Below, piece after piece: positions 62,583-64,000 of a DNA stretch of 64,000 bases. The notes beneath the pieces were generated by a model. It worked only from the letters and a program-made list of their open reading frames with translations, ran no database searches and had not been told where the DNA came from. The DNA is from Callorhinchus milii (Eukaryota): positions 32,676,001 to 32,740,000 of the forward strand of contig NW_024704743.1 in NCBI RefSeq assembly GCF_018977255.1, in the 5' to 3' direction. Every line of letters begins with the position of its first letter. The stretch's first letter is position 1. A program made the position numbers and the translations under genes.

Positions 62583-62790
62583 TCTAAGCGTCTTGGGGCG
62601 CCTCCTGACATGAAAGGTGTTATATAAATGTAAATTTGTATTGTATGCCTGTTTTTAATAGTGAATTAAATACTTATTGATTTTCTCCAATCGCACAAAA
62701 TCTACTTCAGAGTCATTAAAAAATTATCTTAAATGTCTTTTTTTTTGATCACAAAATAAAGCCAGTGTAACTTTTCCTTATCTTTCCTAG

Positions 62791-62904
62791 GTGGATGATG
62801 ACCCAGTGATGGGCTTTCAGCAGTTGTTTGTTCTGAAAAATATGGACAAAAGATGGATCTGCATGAATGACATGTTTAGATTGGCTTTGCACAACTTTGC
62901 GTAG
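62791..62904 (+). CDS. NUTF2: NTF2-like exon 4 (stop)
   Basis: TTCCTAG acceptor; [37 protein letters not shown]; total 127 aa. Confidence 0.95.
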   Translation: MDDDPVMGFQQLFVLKNMDKRWICMNDMFRLALHNFA

Positions 62905-63319
62905 GCAGGCCTTACGCCTTAGTACTTTTTTCCTTGTTTTTAGTCCATTATTGAATTACAAGAAAGCAATGTATACAAGAAAGCAATATATTCACAAGAA
63001 TGCTGGGCAAAATAATGGGTTGATTTTCTTTGTGAAAAGTATTGCAATCTGCTACATTAAGAAGCTTTTTTCATTTTTTCAATATCCATGTTCCTTACAC
63101 AAGTTTCAGATGCAATGTCAGTTCTGATATTCTGCAAATTGGATGTTATAATACCAACTTCATTTTCTTAAGGGAGAGAGCATTTTAATTTTTTTAAGTA
63201 CATGAACATGGGCTAAAAATATTAACAAATATATTCATAAATGTGATAATGTAACATTATTGAACATTCCAGGTGCTCAAAACATTTGACTGATAATGTA
63301 AAATGTACTTTGCTTTTGG

Positions 63320-63325
63320 AATAAA
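63320..63325 (+). terminator. Candidate NUTF2-like polyadenylation signal
   Basis: AATAAA followed by a T-rich tract, about 415 nt after the stop. Confidence 0.5.
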
Positions 63326-64000
63326 TGCAGTAAATGTTATTTTTTTCTGAATCTATAAACCTTTAACTGGAAGCAATATAGATATCTCAGTAGCTGTAAA
63401 CAGCAAAACGTTGAAAGCAGAATTCAAGTTCTGGGTGGAATTCAGGACTAGGCTTTTTCAGTGTAAATCTAGTTCCTCTGTCCTTTCTCTGTATCCCTTA
63501 ATATCTTTATTTACCAGGTATCTATCTGTTACCCTTTTAAATGTCCTAATTGATTCTGTCTCCACCACCTCTGACAGCAAATTGAATGTTTTCGTAACCC
63601 TCTATTCCAAAAAAAAATTCTAAACTTTTCTATGTAATTTTAAGCCCTCTAGGTTAGATCCCTCTACCAGAGGCAAGAGGGATTACTTATCGATTTCCTT
63701 CATTATTTCAGAACACCTCATTCTGATCCCCCCTCAAACTCTTGTCTCCAAATATAATTACTTTATTTAGCCTTTGATTATAGCTGGACCTCTTTGTCCT
63801 GATATTAATTTAATCATCACCCTTCAAGCCTAATGAATTCTTCCAAAAATTAGGTGTCCAGACCATTAAATGGAGTTATTGATAGTAGTGTAGTGCACGA
63901 AGCACTCAGTTGTTTGGAGATTAAATGATTGGTGGTGGGGGGGAGAGAATTCAAAAGGAGTTGTTCAAATATGAAAGAGCAATAACATGACAGGAAGAAA

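Overview
Eukaryotic (vertebrate) genomic DNA, most likely a cartilaginous fish judging by the repeat content (Deu-domain tRNA-derived SINEs, abundant L2 and CR1 LINEs); the species assignment is inference. Three intact spliced protein-coding genes lie on the + strand, all with phase-consistent GT-AG junctions: a D-2-hydroxyacid dehydrogenase (glyoxylate/hydroxypyruvate/2-ketogluconate reductase-like; 6 coding exons, 19147-24835), mitochondrial RBFA (7 exons, 37065-49203) and a divergent NUTF2/NTF2-like gene (4 exons, 59312-62904). Much of the rest is nested L2, CR1 and SINE copies, a solo LTR, and four large simple-sequence arrays beside the RBFA and NUTF2-like CpG-island promoters. Best observations: the 353-codon RBFA frame has no in-frame ATG at all and seems to start at a CUG in strong Kozak context; a fold-back element whose ~300-bp arms contain a captured SINE body; an orphan CpG island packed with CDE/CHR, ETS-CRE, CCAAT and YY1 motifs; a SINE end with only AT->GC changes beside a CpG island; and a duplicated catalytic-Glu exon plus an optional presequence-like exon in the dehydrogenase. 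No searches were run; homology calls rest on recalled family motifs and repeat boundaries are approximate.
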